45,370 nucleotides of DNA, taken from positions 1-45,370 of the forward strand of contig CAIKAN010000014.1 of assembly GCA_903825415.1 (NCBI GenBank). Direction: 5' to 3'. The stretch comes from an uncultured bacterium. Its GTDB lineage: Bacteria > Patescibacteriota > Minisyncoccia > Phycocordibacterales > PALSA-1337. The position numbers were made by a program, and so were the translations under genes. Each line of letters opens with the position of its first letter. Positions within the stretch are counted from its first letter, which is position 1. This document shows, one piece after another, positions 8,544 to 18,926 of this stretch. The notes under the pieces were generated by a model, which was not told where the DNA came from, did not search any database, and was given only the letters and a program-made list of their open reading frames with translations.

Positions 8544-11500
8544 ATGACCACAATCCGTCCTAAGAAGTACTTCTCTCGCTATCAGGCACCTTTGTCACCG
8601 ATGCCGAACCTCGTTGAATCTCAATTGGCATCTTTTGATAGCTTGCTCGAGAACGGCATTCCAGCTTTGCTCAAGGAGTTCTCGCCGATCAAGGACTATG
8701 CTGACAAGAAATTCGAGCTGTCTATCGGCAATGCCGAGATCTCTCGTCCGAAGTTCGACGAGCACTATGCCAAGTTCAACAAGTTGAACTATGAAGGGCA
8801 GATCAAGGTGACAGTCACCTTGAAGAACAAGTCCTTGAATGTGGTCAAGGAACAGGAGATGTTCCTGGCTGATTTTCCCCTGATGACGGATCATGGGACA
8901 TTCATCATCAATGGCGTCGAGCGCGTGATCGTGCCTCAATTGGCGCGCTCATTTGGCGTATTCTTCACTTCTAGCGATGTGCGCGGCAAGAACTATTTCG
9001 GGGCCAAGATTATCCCTGCTCGTGGAGTTTGGATGGAGCTCGAAACGGATCTGGATGGAACAATGTATTGCCGCATCGATCGCAAGAGGAAGTTCCCCAT
9101 AACCTCGCTCATCCGCATTCTCGGGGCAGGGACGAACGAACAGATGGTCGCTCTCTTCAAAGATGATGAGAATTCCAAGAAAGCTATTGAGATGACTCTG
9201 GCCAAAGACCATGCCAAGACCATCGATGATTCATATATAGAGATACACAAGCGCTTGCGTGACGGCGATCTCGCTACAGCCGATAATGCCCGCTCTTTCA
9301 TTCAGGCCATCTTGAGCGCAGAGCGATACGATATCTCTCGTGTCGGCCGTTTTCGTTTCAATAAGCGCTTCGAGAAGCCCATGGACGAGAAGTCTCTCGA
9401 ACAACGCACTATCTCTCTTGATGATATCGCGACGATCGTGAAGCATGTCGTGACCTTGAGCGTCACTCCTGACATGCAGCCTGATGATATCGATCACCTC
9501 GGCTCTCGCCGCGTCAGATATGTAGGCGAGCTCATAGAGCAGAGGATACGTCTCGGCCTCACTCAGATGAAGAGGAATATCCAGGACAAAATGTCCACGA
9601 TCGAGCCTGATATCACTCTACCTGTCTCTTTCATATATCCACGTCCTCTCCAGGCCAGGATCAAGGAATTCTTCAGCACCAACCAGCTCTCGCAATTCAT
9701 GCAGCAGTCCAATGCCCTCGATGAGATCGAGCATCTTCGCACGCTTTCGGCTCTTGGTCCTGGCGGTCTATCGCGCGAGCGTGCCGGCTTCGAAGTCCGC
9801 GACGTCCATCCGTCTCACTACGGCCGCCTTTGCCCTATCCACACCCCTGAAGGCCCGAACATCGGTCTAGTCTTGCGCCTCACTACTTACGCTCGCATCA
9901 ATGATTTCGGCATGATCGAGACTCCTTATGCCAAGGTCAAGAAAGGAGTGGTCACCAACGATATCACCTACATGAATGCCCTTGAGGAAGAGAATTTCCG
10001 CATCGCTCACGCCGCCACTCCTCGAGATGAAAATGGCATGATCACTATCTCTGAAGCGGAAGTCCGCATCAATGGCAAGCCGGCGATGGCCACTAAAGAT
10101 GAGATCGATTATATCGACGTAGCCGCCAATCAAGCTTTCTCTATCGCGACTTCGCTCATCCCGTTCTTGAATCACGATGACGCCAACCGCGCTTTGATGG
10201 GATCGAACATGCAGAAACAAGCTACGCCTTGTCTCGTCCCTGAAGCTCCGATCGTCGCTACCGGTATGGAGCGCAAAGCTATCCTCGATACTGGCCGTGT
10301 AGTCGTCGCTCCTGAAGATGGAGAGATCGTCACTGTCGATGCCAAGAAGATCATCATGAAAGGCAAGAGCGGACGCGCCACTCAATTCAATCTCATCCTC
10401 TTCTCTCGAACAAATGGTTTTACCGCTTTCCATCAGCGCCCAGTCGTCTCCATCGGAGACAAGGTCAAGAAGGGGGATGTGCTGGCCGATACTTCGACTT
10501 CTGAGAATGGTGAGATCGCTCTCGGTCACAATTCCTTGGTGGCTTTCATGTCATGGTCTGGTTCCAACTACGAGGACGCCATCATCCTCTCTGAAAGAGT
10601 CGTCAAGAATGCCAAGTGGAGCTCTATCCATATCGAGGAGTTTGTAGTCAATGTCCGCGATACCAAGCTCGGCCCTGAAGTCACGACTTGCGATATCCCT
10701 AACGTAGGAGAAGGCAAGCTCAAGAATCTCACAGAAGAGGGCATTGTGCGCGTAGGCGCCGAAGTCCGTCAGGGAGATATCCTCGTGGGCAAGATCTGCC
10801 CGAAGGGAGAGACTCAGCTCACTCCGGAAGAGCGCTTGCTCCGCTCGATATTCGGAGAGAAGGCCCGCGATGTGAAAGATACGTCCAAGAGGATGGAGAA
10901 TGGCAAGCGCGGACGCATCATCTCTGTCAAAGTCTTCTCTCGCGAGAAGGGAGACAAACTGGAGTCTGGAATTATCAAGAAGATCTATATCGAAGTCGCT
11001 CAGGTCCGTAACGTCTCGGTCGGAGACAAGATGGCCGGACGCCACGGCAACAAGGGTGTCATCTCCAAGATCCTTCCTGAGGAAGATATGCCGTACATGG
11101 AAGATGGAACGCCTATCGATGTCATCCTCACTCCTCTCGGCGTGCCTTCACGTATGAACCTCGGTCAGATCCTTGAATTGCACCTCGGCCTCGCTGCCAA
11201 TGCTCTCGGATATCAAGCTATCGTCCCTCCTTTCATGGGAGCTTCCGATGCTGAGATCAAAGAAGAGCTCAAGAAAGCCGGCTATGATACTTCAGGCAAA
11301 ATGAAGCTGCGCGACGGCCGCACCGGCGAGCATTTCCATCAGCCTATCGCTGTCGGTTATATGTACATCATGAAGCTTCACCACATGGTGGAAGACAAGA
11401 TCCATATGCGCTCGATCGGTCCTTACTCTCTCATCACTCAGCAGCCTCTCGGCGGAAAGGCACAAGGAGGAGGACAGCGCTTCGGAGAAATGGAAGTCTG

Positions 11501-11720
11501 GGCTTTGCTCGGTCATGGCGCCGCCCATACTCTGCGCGAAATACTTACGGTGAAATCAGACGATATACTTGGCCGCTCACAGACCTTCGACGCTATCGTC
11601 AAAGGCGAGCGCATGAAAGTTCCGAACTTGCCTGCTTCGTTCAATGTTCTATTGAAGACACTCCGCGGTTTGGCCTTGAATGTGGAGCTGGTCAAGAGGG
11701 GACAAGTTGAGGAAGAATAG
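8544..11720 (+). CDS. rpoB: RNA polymerase beta subunit
   Basis: FIINGVERV, HYGRLCPIHTPEGPNIGL, GDKMAGRHGNKG, GGQRFGEMEVW. Confidence 0.99.
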   Translation: MTTIRPKKYFSRYQAPLSPMPNLVESQLASFDSLLENGIPALLKEFSPIKDYADKKFELSIGNAEISRPKFDEHYAKFNKLNYEGQIKVTVTLKNKSLNVVKEQEMFLADFPLMTDHGTFIINGVERVIVPQLARSFGVFFTSSDVRGKNYFGAKIIPARGVWMELETDLDGTMYCRIDRKRKFPITSLIRILGAGTNEQMVALFKDDENSKKAIEMTLAKDHAKTIDDSYIEIHKRLRDGDLATADNARSFIQAILSAERYDISRVGRFRFNKRFEKPMDEKSLEQRTISLDDIATIVKHVVTLSVTPDMQPDDIDHLGSRRVRYVGELIEQRIRLGLTQMKRNIQDKMSTIEPDITLPVSFIYPRPLQARIKEFFSTNQLSQFMQQSNALDEIEHLRTLSALGPGGLSRERAGFEVRDVHPSHYGRLCPIHTPEGPNIGLVLRLTTYARINDFGMIETPYAKVKKGVVTNDITYMNALEEENFRIAHAATPRDENGMITISEAEVRINGKPAMATKDEIDYIDVAANQAFSIATSLIPFLNHDDANRALMGSNMQKQATPCLVPEAPIVATGMERKAILDTGRVVVAPEDGEIVTVDAKKIIMKGKSGRATQFNLILFSRTNGFTAFHQRPVVSIGDKVKKGDVLADTSTSENGEIALGHNSLVAFMSWSGSNYEDAIILSERVVKNAKWSSIHIEEFVVNVRDTKLGPEVTTCDIPNVGEGKLKNLTEEGIVRVGAEVRQGDILVGKICPKGETQLTPEERLLRSIFGEKARDVKDTSKRMENGKRGRIISVKVFSREKGDKLESGIIKKIYIEVAQVRNVSVGDKMAGRHGNKGVISKILPEEDMPYMEDGTPIDVILTPLGVPSRMNLGQILELHLGLAANALGYQAIVPPFMGASDAEIKEELKKAGYDTSGKMKLRDGRTGEHFHQPIAVGYMYIMKLHHMVEDKIHMRSIGPYSLITQQPLGGKAQGGGQRFGEMEVWALLGHGAAHTLREILTVKSDDILGRSQTFDAIVKGERMKVPNLPASFNVLLKTLRGLALNVELVKRGQVEEE

Positions 11721-11739
11721 ATTTTGTGTATTGATTTTA

Positions 11740-11790
11740 AATCAAAAATCAAATATCAAAAATGAAATATACAAATGAAAAATCAAAAAT
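11740..11790 (+). repeat. AATCAAA-type heptamer array overlapping the start of the gene between rpoB and rpoC
   Basis: AATCAAA AATCAAA TATCAAA AATGAAA TATACA AATGAAA AATCAAA. Confidence 0.75.
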
Positions 11791-12355
11791 AGGGGCGAAT
11801 CTCCAAGGAGGTTCAATCATGCCGGCCGTTATTGCGGTTGTGGCTTTGCTGATCATCAGCGGCGTAACGTACTGGGCTGTGACAAATTCAAAGAGAGGTC
11901 CCATTGAAGTCTTTATAGACCCGAGTCATATTGCCACATCGACTACGGCGACTTCAACTTCTCAAAATCAGGATCAGACTGAAGCAGTGCCTGTGATCAC
12001 TTCCATCAATCCTTCCTCAGGTCCTCTTGGAACCGTTGTGACTATTCAAGGCAAGAATCTTTCCGGATTTGAAGGTGATCTGAAAGCATATTTTGTCAGG
12101 AAAGATGGAGATATCATAACCTTGACTGATACCTTCGGTGATTATACGAAGACAGCAGGAAATCTGATCAAGGTCTCAGTTAAAATTCCTTGTCCTACCC
12201 CGGGAGACTATCGAGGCAATACTGGCGTAGCGCTCTCTCCTTGCGATAGCACTAGCTCCGAGCTCGCTCCGGGGAATTATGAGGTGTATGCCAAGCCTTG
12301 GGGCAAGGAGAGCAATAGGGTGAAGTTCACGGTCAACGATTATGTAAATTATTAA
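11762..12355 (+). CDS. Membrane-anchored IPT/TIG-like protein with pilin-like N-terminal helix
   Basis: QGGSIMPAVIAVVALLIISG TM; PVITSINPSSGPLGTVVTIQGKNL is an IPT/TIG signature. Confidence 0.8.
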   Translation: MKYTNEKSKIGANLQGGSIMPAVIAVVALLIISGVTYWAVTNSKRGPIEVFIDPSHIATSTTATSTSQNQDQTEAVPVITSINPSSGPLGTVVTIQGKNLSGFEGDLKAYFVRKDGDIITLTDTFGDYTKTAGNLIKVSVKIPCPTPGDYRGNTGVALSPCDSTSSELAPGNYEVYAKPWGKESNRVKFTVNDYVNY

Positions 12356-12385
12356 AGATTACCAGCCGCAATTAATAACAAAACC

Positions 12386-15300
12386 ATGCAAACAATAACA
12401 ACAAAGAAACAGTACGATCCACAGGACTTCGATATCGTGAAGCTGACCTTGGCTTCGCCTGACAAGATCATCGAATGGTCGTATGGGGAAGTCACTAAGC
12501 CGGAGACGATCAACTACAGGACGCAGAGGAGCGAGAAGAGCGGCCTCTTCGACGAGAGGATCTTCGGTCCGGATCGCGATTTCGAATGTTATTGCGGCAA
12601 ATATCGCGGCATCCGCTACAAGGGCATAGTCTGCGAGAAATGCGGCGTGGAGATCACCCGATCCATAGTTCGACGTGAGCGCATGGGCCACATCGAGCTC
12701 GCTTCGCCGGTCTCCCACATCTGGTTCCTCCGTAGCGTCCCTTCAAGGATCGGCTTGATCCTCGGCATGACTTCATCCGATCTCGAGAAGGTCGTCTACT
12801 TCGCCGGTTATATGGTCACCAAGGTCAATCAAGCTGAAAAGGACAAATTCTCAAAGGAGCTAGATAGTGAATACAAGGCCAAGGTCAAATCTGCGCAAGA
12901 TGACAAGACCAAGGAAGCTCTGAAAGAGCTTGTCTTGAATGCCAGGAAGGAGATCGAGACCATCCTCGAAGGATTCGTCATGGACGAAGTCACATATCAT
13001 AAATATGCCGTGAGATATGGCGCGATATTCGAGGCCAAGATAGGCGCTGAAGCCATATATGACATTTTGAAGAATGTAGATCTCGCCAAGCTCAAGGTCG
13101 AGCTTGAGAAAGAGTACGATGCTTCCGGAGCGGCCGACAAAGAAAAACTGGCCAAGAGGCTCTCTCTGGTCAAACAGATGATAAAATCTGGAGTCCGTCC
13201 TGAATGGATGTTTCTTACGAAGATCCCAGTCATCCCGCCTGGTTTGCGCCCGATGGTCGCCTTGGAAGGAGGACGCTTCGCTACTTCCGATGTGAACGAT
13301 TTGTATCGCCGTGTCATCAATCGCAACAATCGTCTATTGAAATTGAAGGAGATCAGTGCCCCTGAAGTCATTCTCCGTAATGAGAAGCGCATTCTCCAGG
13401 AAGCTGTTGACGCCTTGATTGACAACTCTATCCGCCACAGCTCTTCCGCTGGTGCAGCCGCTATTGCTGCCCAGAAGAGGGCTTTGAAGTCTCTGTCGGA
13501 CGGTTTGAAGTCCAAGAGGGGTCTCTTCCGACAGAATCTTCTTGGAAAGCGCGTAGACTATTCAGGTCGTTCGGTGATCGTCGTGGGTCCAGAATTGAAG
13601 ATCGATGAATGTGGTATGCCCAAACATATGGCCCTTGAATTGTTCCGACCTTTCGTCATCTCTGGCCTTTTGAAAAGGGAATTGTCATATAACATCAGAG
13701 GAGCCAATCGTCTGATTGACGATGGAGCTAAGGAGGTCTGGGAGATCCTAGAAGAGGTTATCAAGGGCAAATATGTGCTTCTGAATCGTGCTCCTACTTT
13801 GCACCGCCTGGGCATTCAAGCCTTCAGGCCGATCTTGACCGAAGGAAACGCTATCAAAGTACACCCGCTCGTCTGTACCGCTTTCAACGCCGACTTCGAT
13901 GGAGATCAGATGGCCGTTCACGTACCGCTCTCTCCGGAAGCTCAGCTCGAAGCCAAAGAGATCATGGCCGCCGACAAGAATATCTTGAAGCCTGGCAACA
14001 ATGATCCGACCGTCGTGGCAAAGATGCTAGATATCGTGCTCGGTTGTTTCTGGGTCACCAAGACTGTCGTAGGCGCCAAGGGAGAAGGCAAATATTTTGA
14101 ATCACCAGAAGCCGCAGTCCTCGCTCACAGCTTCGACGAGCTCGACCTGCGCGCCAAGATCAAGATCCTCGCCCCTGTCAATGTGAAGTACGCTGCTTTC
14201 AAAGGCAAGCTTTTTGACACTACGGCCGGACGCGTTCTCATGAACGATATATTGCCGGATGATTATCCTTTCATCAATGAAGAGGTCGGTCGCAAGCGCT
14301 TGGGTATCATTATCGATGACATGATCACTATTCGTGGCGCTGCCTTTGTTGCCCCTATTCTCGACCAGATCAAGACTTTCGGTTTTGGATTCGCGACTAC
14401 TTCAGGGACGACTTGGGGCATTGACGATATCATGGTCCCTGAAGCCAAGAAAGATATTATCATTGAGGCCAAGAAGAAAGCCGAGCATATCACGGTTCAA
14501 TTCAGCGAGGGCTTGCTCACAGAGGAAGAGCGCATCAGGAAGCATATCGAAGTCTGGCAGAAAGCCAAGAGCGATGTGGAAAAAGCTATCCCTCAATCTC
14601 TCGACAAGAATGGTTCCGTCTACGACATGTTCACTTCTGGGGCTCGCGGATCGCTCTCTCAGATCACTCAAATGGCCGGTATGAAGGGTCTCATCGCATC
14701 AGTCTCAGGAACCGTGGAATTCCCGATCTTGTCCTGTTCAAAGGAAGGTCTGACCCCTATCGAATATTTCATCACCACTCACGGCTCTCGTAAGGGTCTA
14801 TCCGACACGGCCTTGAACACTGCCAAAGCTGGATATCTGACACGCAAACTGTTCGTGGTCGCCCAGGACGTGGTCGTTTCAGAGGAAGACTGCGGAACGA
14901 AAGACAGTATCGTCATCAAGAAGCAGACTGCTTCGGGCATGAATATCCCTCTATCCAAGAATATCCGCGGTCGTGTCACCGCTGAAGATGCGAAGACTGC
15001 CGACGGCAAGATCCTTTTCAAGAAAGGTCATATCATCACCAAAGCCGATGCCACACAGATCGAAGATGCCGGTATCCATGAATTGCGCGTACGTTCGCCT
15101 CTTTCATGCAAGACTATCCGAGGCGTTTGCGCGCAGTGCTATGGTCTAGACCTTGGTAAGAATAGCTTGGTCGCACTCGGCGAAGCAGTCGGAACGGTCG
15201 CTGCTCAAGCCATCGGCGAGCCTGGTACGCAGCTCACAATGAGAACCTTCCACGCTGGAGGAGCCGCGGCTCAAGGCGGAGACATCACCATGGGTCTGCC

Positions 15301-16054
15301 TCGCGTCGAGGAGATCTTCGAGAAGCGCCGTCCCAAGAATCCGGCCGTGGTCGCTACCGCTACCGGTGTGATCACCGAGGTCAAGGATATGGGCAAGGAG
15401 AAATTGATCCGCCTCTTGCCGGAACTGGATGAGAAGAGCAAGGGCAAGAAAGCTGCCGAGATAGAATATGTCTTCCCGTATCGCAGGACTACTCTCATCA
15501 GGACAGGCGATCATGTGAAGAGGGGAGACCTTCTCACTGACGGCTCAGCTGATATCGATGAGGTCTTCGAATATGGCGGCGAAGAGCGCGCCAAGGATTA
15601 TGTCATCACCGAAGTCGGTAAGATCTACGAATTGCAGGGCGAGACGGTCTCGCGAAAGCATATCGAGATCATCGTGAAGCAGATGTTCTCGCGCCGCCGC
15701 GTTCTCGATGGCGGAGCTACGAATCTCACGGAAGGTATGGTCGTCGACGATATCCAGCTCTCTGAAGAGAATGAATTGGCCAAGAAAGAGGGGGGCGTGC
15801 CTATCAAGGCAGAGAAGATCGTCATGGGTATCACTGATACCTCTCTCACAAGGAAGAGCTTCCTTTCAGCCGCTTCATTCCAGCACACTACCCGCGTCCT
15901 TATCTCCAACGCTGTCCGCGGCGCTGAAGACGATCTCACCGGTCTCATGGAGAATGTCATCATCGGTCGTCTAGTCCCAGCTGGCTCAGGTTTCCCTGGA
16001 TCGCCAAAGAAGGCTATGGTAGATGCCATTGCGCCGAAGGAGGGGAGCTTGTAG
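12386..16054 (+). CDS. rpoC: RNA polymerase beta-prime subunit
   Basis: NADFDGD catalytic motif, CYCGKY...CEKCGVE zinc finger, GEPGTQLTMRTFH. Confidence 0.99.
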   Translation: MQTITTKKQYDPQDFDIVKLTLASPDKIIEWSYGEVTKPETINYRTQRSEKSGLFDERIFGPDRDFECYCGKYRGIRYKGIVCEKCGVEITRSIVRRERMGHIELASPVSHIWFLRSVPSRIGLILGMTSSDLEKVVYFAGYMVTKVNQAEKDKFSKELDSEYKAKVKSAQDDKTKEALKELVLNARKEIETILEGFVMDEVTYHKYAVRYGAIFEAKIGAEAIYDILKNVDLAKLKVELEKEYDASGAADKEKLAKRLSLVKQMIKSGVRPEWMFLTKIPVIPPGLRPMVALEGGRFATSDVNDLYRRVINRNNRLLKLKEISAPEVILRNEKRILQEAVDALIDNSIRHSSSAGAAAIAAQKRALKSLSDGLKSKRGLFRQNLLGKRVDYSGRSVIVVGPELKIDECGMPKHMALELFRPFVISGLLKRELSYNIRGANRLIDDGAKEVWEILEEVIKGKYVLLNRAPTLHRLGIQAFRPILTEGNAIKVHPLVCTAFNADFDGDQMAVHVPLSPEAQLEAKEIMAADKNILKPGNNDPTVVAKMLDIVLGCFWVTKTVVGAKGEGKYFESPEAAVLAHSFDELDLRAKIKILAPVNVKYAAFKGKLFDTTAGRVLMNDILPDDYPFINEEVGRKRLGIIIDDMITIRGAAFVAPILDQIKTFGFGFATTSGTTWGIDDIMVPEAKKDIIIEAKKKAEHITVQFSEGLLTEEERIRKHIEVWQKAKSDVEKAIPQSLDKNGSVYDMFTSGARGSLSQITQMAGMKGLIASVSGTVEFPILSCSKEGLTPIEYFITTHGSRKGLSDTALNTAKAGYLTRKLFVVAQDVVVSEEDCGTKDSIVIKKQTASGMNIPLSKNIRGRVTAEDAKTADGKILFKKGHIITKADATQIEDAGIHELRVRSPLSCKTIRGVCAQCYGLDLGKNSLVALGEAVGTVAAQAIGEPGTQLTMRTFHAGGAAAQGGDITMGLPRVEEIFEKRRPKNPAVVATATGVITEVKDMGKEKLIRLLPELDEKSKGKKAAEIEYVFPYRRTTLIRTGDHVKRGDLLTDGSADIDEVFEYGGEERAKDYVITEVGKIYELQGETVSRKHIEIIVKQMFSRRRVLDGGATNLTEGMVVDDIQLSEENELAKKEGGVPIKAEKIVMGITDTSLTRKSFLSAASFQHTTRVLISNAVRGAEDDLTGLMENVIIGRLVPAGSGFPGSPKKAMVDAIAPKEGSL

Positions 16055-16074
16055 GAGTCGATTATTTATCTGAC

Positions 16075-16107
16075 AAAACAACCCGCTAGAGATAGCTGGT
16101 TGTTTTG
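16075..16107 (+). terminator. Terminator after rpoC
   Basis: aaaacaacc-cgcta...tagc-tggttgtttt. Confidence 0.7.
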
Positions 16108-16186
16108 TACATGAATTTTCCCTACTTCGCTCTTGCAGAGCTCCGCGGGGCAAGCAAATTCCAATTTACAATCAATTTTCCAATTA
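16108..16186. repeat. Family A half element (copy 2) with nested family G element (16120-16154)
   Basis: tacatgaattttc[cctacttcgctc...ggggcaag]caaattccaatttacaatc. Confidence 0.8.
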
Positions 16187-16254
16187 ATTGGGAGGCGATT
16201 GAAGAGAAAATAATAAGTGCGTCTTTTCATTAATTGTATTAGTATAAGTAGATT

Positions 16255-18069
16255 ATGGACGAGCCTACTCTAGAAAATAAAGAGAAGAAGGTTGACGACA
16301 AGATCACGAAGGGCAGCCTCCTGACAGGATTCAAGGTCTTGGTCGGTTATCTTTCAAAATATCGCAAAGATATCATCTTTTTGAGCGTCATTGGCATCCT
16401 ATCCGCTATAGGGAACGGGGTCATACCGTATATCGCCGGAACATTCTTTGATTCCATAATCACTCCGGGTGCGACCATTATTCTGGGAATGTTATTGCCC
16501 ACTTATATGGCACTGCTCATTCTCTGGGCGGTGATACAGATGGCGACCTATTTCTTCGACTGGCGCATACAGATCAAGAGCGAATATCTCTCCAACTATA
16601 TTTGGCTCGATTATGTCGCGAAAGGGTTTGGCTTCCTGGTGAACTTGCCCATGTCCTTTCACAAGAAGAATAAGGTTGGCGAGATAGGCAACAAGATAAC
16701 TATGGCAGCCGGCTCATTGGAGACGATAGTGGGCAGGATAGTCATCGATCTAGCACCGCAGATATTGAGCATAGTGATCGCTCTCATCATAACATTCGCT
16801 TTAAAGCCGCTTCTGGCAGCATTCCTTTGTGTGGGCCTCATCATATACTTATTTGCGATTGTTCGGAATGTAAAACCGCTGAGCAATTATCAAAAAGAAT
16901 ATTACGAAAAAACCTCGGAAATCTACGGGGATGCTTTTGATATGATAGGGAACACGGTGGCCATAAAGCAGGCCACCGCTGAGGCCTACGAAAAGGAGAA
17001 GCTCGTTCGGAAGTCCGGAGAAGCTCTGCCTCTATGGATGAAGCAAGTGAAAGTCTGGGGTACGCTCGGTTTGTACCAGCGCCTTACCATTCTAGGGACT
17101 CAAATATTGATATTTGTATTCTCCGTTTACTATATCCATTCAGGGACTATGACTTTGGGAGAGCTTTTGGCTTTCAATGCCTATGCGGCGATGATATTCG
17201 GGCCATTCGTGACTATTGCCAGGAATTGGCAGACCATCCAGAATGGCATCATCAATATCCAGGAAACAGAGAAAATCTTGGCCATGGAGACGGAGAATTA
17301 CTCGCCGAAGGGCTCAGGCGCGTCTGTGATCCGTGGTGACATAGAATTTGATAAGGTCTCATTCTATTATGACGAAGGGAAGCCGGTCCTTCAGGATATC
17401 TCATTTTCAGTGAAGGCGGGAGATGTCATAGCTTTTGTGGGCGAATCAGGCGTGGGTAAGAGCACTCTCATCGATCTCATTTCGGCTTACCATTTCTCGA
17501 CTCAAGGGGAAGTCAAAATAGATGGACAGCCCATAAAGTCTCTCGATCTCCGTTCTCTCCGTTCGCAGATCGCGGTAGTGCCGCAGGAAGTCGTTCTATT
17601 CAACGACACGATCAAAACCAATATCAAGTATGGTAATTTCTCCGCTTCTGATGAACAAATGGAGGAGGCCGCCAAGAAAGCTCATGCTTATGACTTCATC
17701 CAGACATTTCCTTTGAAATGGGATCAAGTCGTGGGTGAGCGCGGAATCAAGCTCTCAGTGGGTCAAAAGCAGCGCGTGGCGATCGCTCGAGCTATCCTGC
17801 GCGACCCGCGCATTCTCGTCCTGGATGAACCTACAGCGGCTCTCGATGCCGGTTCAGAGAAGATCATCACTGAATCTCTCGACAAGCTCATGGAAGGCAA
17901 GACTACCTTTATCATCGCCCATCGTCTGAGTACGGTCCGCAAGGCTGATAAGATCATAGTTTTCAAGGAAGGGAAGCTTATAGAGTCGGGGACGCATGGC
18001 GAACTAATCAAGATCGAGGGAGGGGAATACAGGAGGCTGTATGAGCTTCAGATAGGGCTACATAGATGA
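16255..18069 (+). CDS. ABC exporter, fused permease/ATPase (MsbA-like)
   Basis: TM domain plus GESGVGKST, LSVGQKQR, VLDEPT, IAHRLST. Confidence 0.95.
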   Translation: MDEPTLENKEKKVDDKITKGSLLTGFKVLVGYLSKYRKDIIFLSVIGILSAIGNGVIPYIAGTFFDSIITPGATIILGMLLPTYMALLILWAVIQMATYFFDWRIQIKSEYLSNYIWLDYVAKGFGFLVNLPMSFHKKNKVGEIGNKITMAAGSLETIVGRIVIDLAPQILSIVIALIITFALKPLLAAFLCVGLIIYLFAIVRNVKPLSNYQKEYYEKTSEIYGDAFDMIGNTVAIKQATAEAYEKEKLVRKSGEALPLWMKQVKVWGTLGLYQRLTILGTQILIFVFSVYYIHSGTMTLGELLAFNAYAAMIFGPFVTIARNWQTIQNGIINIQETEKILAMETENYSPKGSGASVIRGDIEFDKVSFYYDEGKPVLQDISFSVKAGDVIAFVGESGVGKSTLIDLISAYHFSTQGEVKIDGQPIKSLDLRSLRSQIAVVPQEVVLFNDTIKTNIKYGNFSASDEQMEEAAKKAHAYDFIQTFPLKWDQVVGERGIKLSVGQKQRVAIARAILRDPRILVLDEPTAALDAGSEKIITESLDKLMEGKTTFIIAHRLSTVRKADKIIVFKEGKLIESGTHGELIKIEGGEYRRLYELQIGLHR

Positions 18070-18104
18070 TTGTTTTGGTCACCGAAATATGCTATATATT
18101 CACC

Positions 18105-18317
18105 ATGACCACCAAAGCTATGGAAAAGACTATCAGGATTCTATCAAAAGAAGTCAACACGCTTCGTTCATTTTTCATTGATGCGATAAACAGCAGAGAT
18201 GATGAAGGCGCATATAAGGCCGTTTTCGTGAGGGAAGTGTTGAAGGCTGCAAAGCAGAAGGCAGCATTTCAATACTCAGGTAAGGGATCTTTGCTACAGC
18301 AGATCAAGGCTCTATGA
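18105..18317 (+). CDS. Putative antitoxin
   Basis: Small ORF overlapping the toxin start (ATGA); start ATG 18105 assumed. Confidence 0.65.
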   Translation: MTTKAMEKTIRILSKEVNTLRSFFIDAINSRDDEGAYKAVFVREVLKAAKQKAAFQYSGKGSLLQQIKAL

Positions 18318-18574
18318 AGATAGTCTATTCAAAAGATTTCATTAAGCAAGCTTCGACTCTCCCAAAGAAAGCTCAAGAAATGTTGGATGTCTCCATGCAT
18401 GTCTTATCAAGAAATCCCTTTTATCCGACTCTGCATACCAAGAATTTGAAAGGAGAGTTGAGTCGGATGTTTTCATTTCGGATAACGAGGGACTGGCGTG
18501 TTATTTTTGTATTTGAAGATAATGACACGATTAGGCTGGTGAAAATAGGTAATAGGAAGGATATCTATAGATAG
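18314..18574 (+). CDS. RelE/ParE (YafQ-like) toxin
   Basis: IVYSKDFIKQ...LHTKNLKG...FSFRITRDWRVIF...IGNRKDIYR. Confidence 0.85.
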   Translation: MKIVYSKDFIKQASTLPKKAQEMLDVSMHVLSRNPFYPTLHTKNLKGELSRMFSFRITRDWRVIFVFEDNDTIRLVKIGNRKDIYR

Positions 18575-18655
18575 CTCTTCAGAACAATCACCTGAAAATT
18601 CTGTATAAAAAATACAGCGCACCGTGATGGTGCGCGCTAGCCGTTGTTTGGCCGG

Positions 18656-18829
18656 TCATTTGCGGAATCTCTTCCTTGGTTTGGGTGGGAAGACTTCTTC
18701 AACATATCTTGGTGAGCTCCTGAAGACTTGTGACAATGGAGCTAAGAAAGTGAACGGCTTTCTGTGTGGCCATTCTCTTCCGCTTCGCAGATAACCAGCC
18801 GTTGCAGCCAAACCTATGGGTATTTTCAT
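18656..18829 (-). CDS. Small orphan protein (57 aa), below ORF-track cutoff
   Basis: MKIPIGLAATAGYLRSG...KPRKRFRK; AAAGG upstream, TGn-TACCAT, minus-strand terminator at about 18607-18635. Confidence 0.5.
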   Translation of the reverse strand: MKIPIGLAATAGYLRSGREWPHRKPFTFLAPLSQVFRSSPRYVEEVFPPKPRKRFRK

Positions 18830-18926
18830 ATTGTGCCTTTGGTGTGCTTTTTGAATATGGTATCACATGACTTCATTTGCAAAAAGCACTCTTTATAAAT
18901 CCTCCCCAATACCTTATACTCTCTCT

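Noticed and set aside
8595-16029. Many antisense and alternate-frame ORFs within rpoB/rpoC (also pyk, rny, mraY, tig)
   Set aside because: Shadow ORFs from codon bias of long conserved genes
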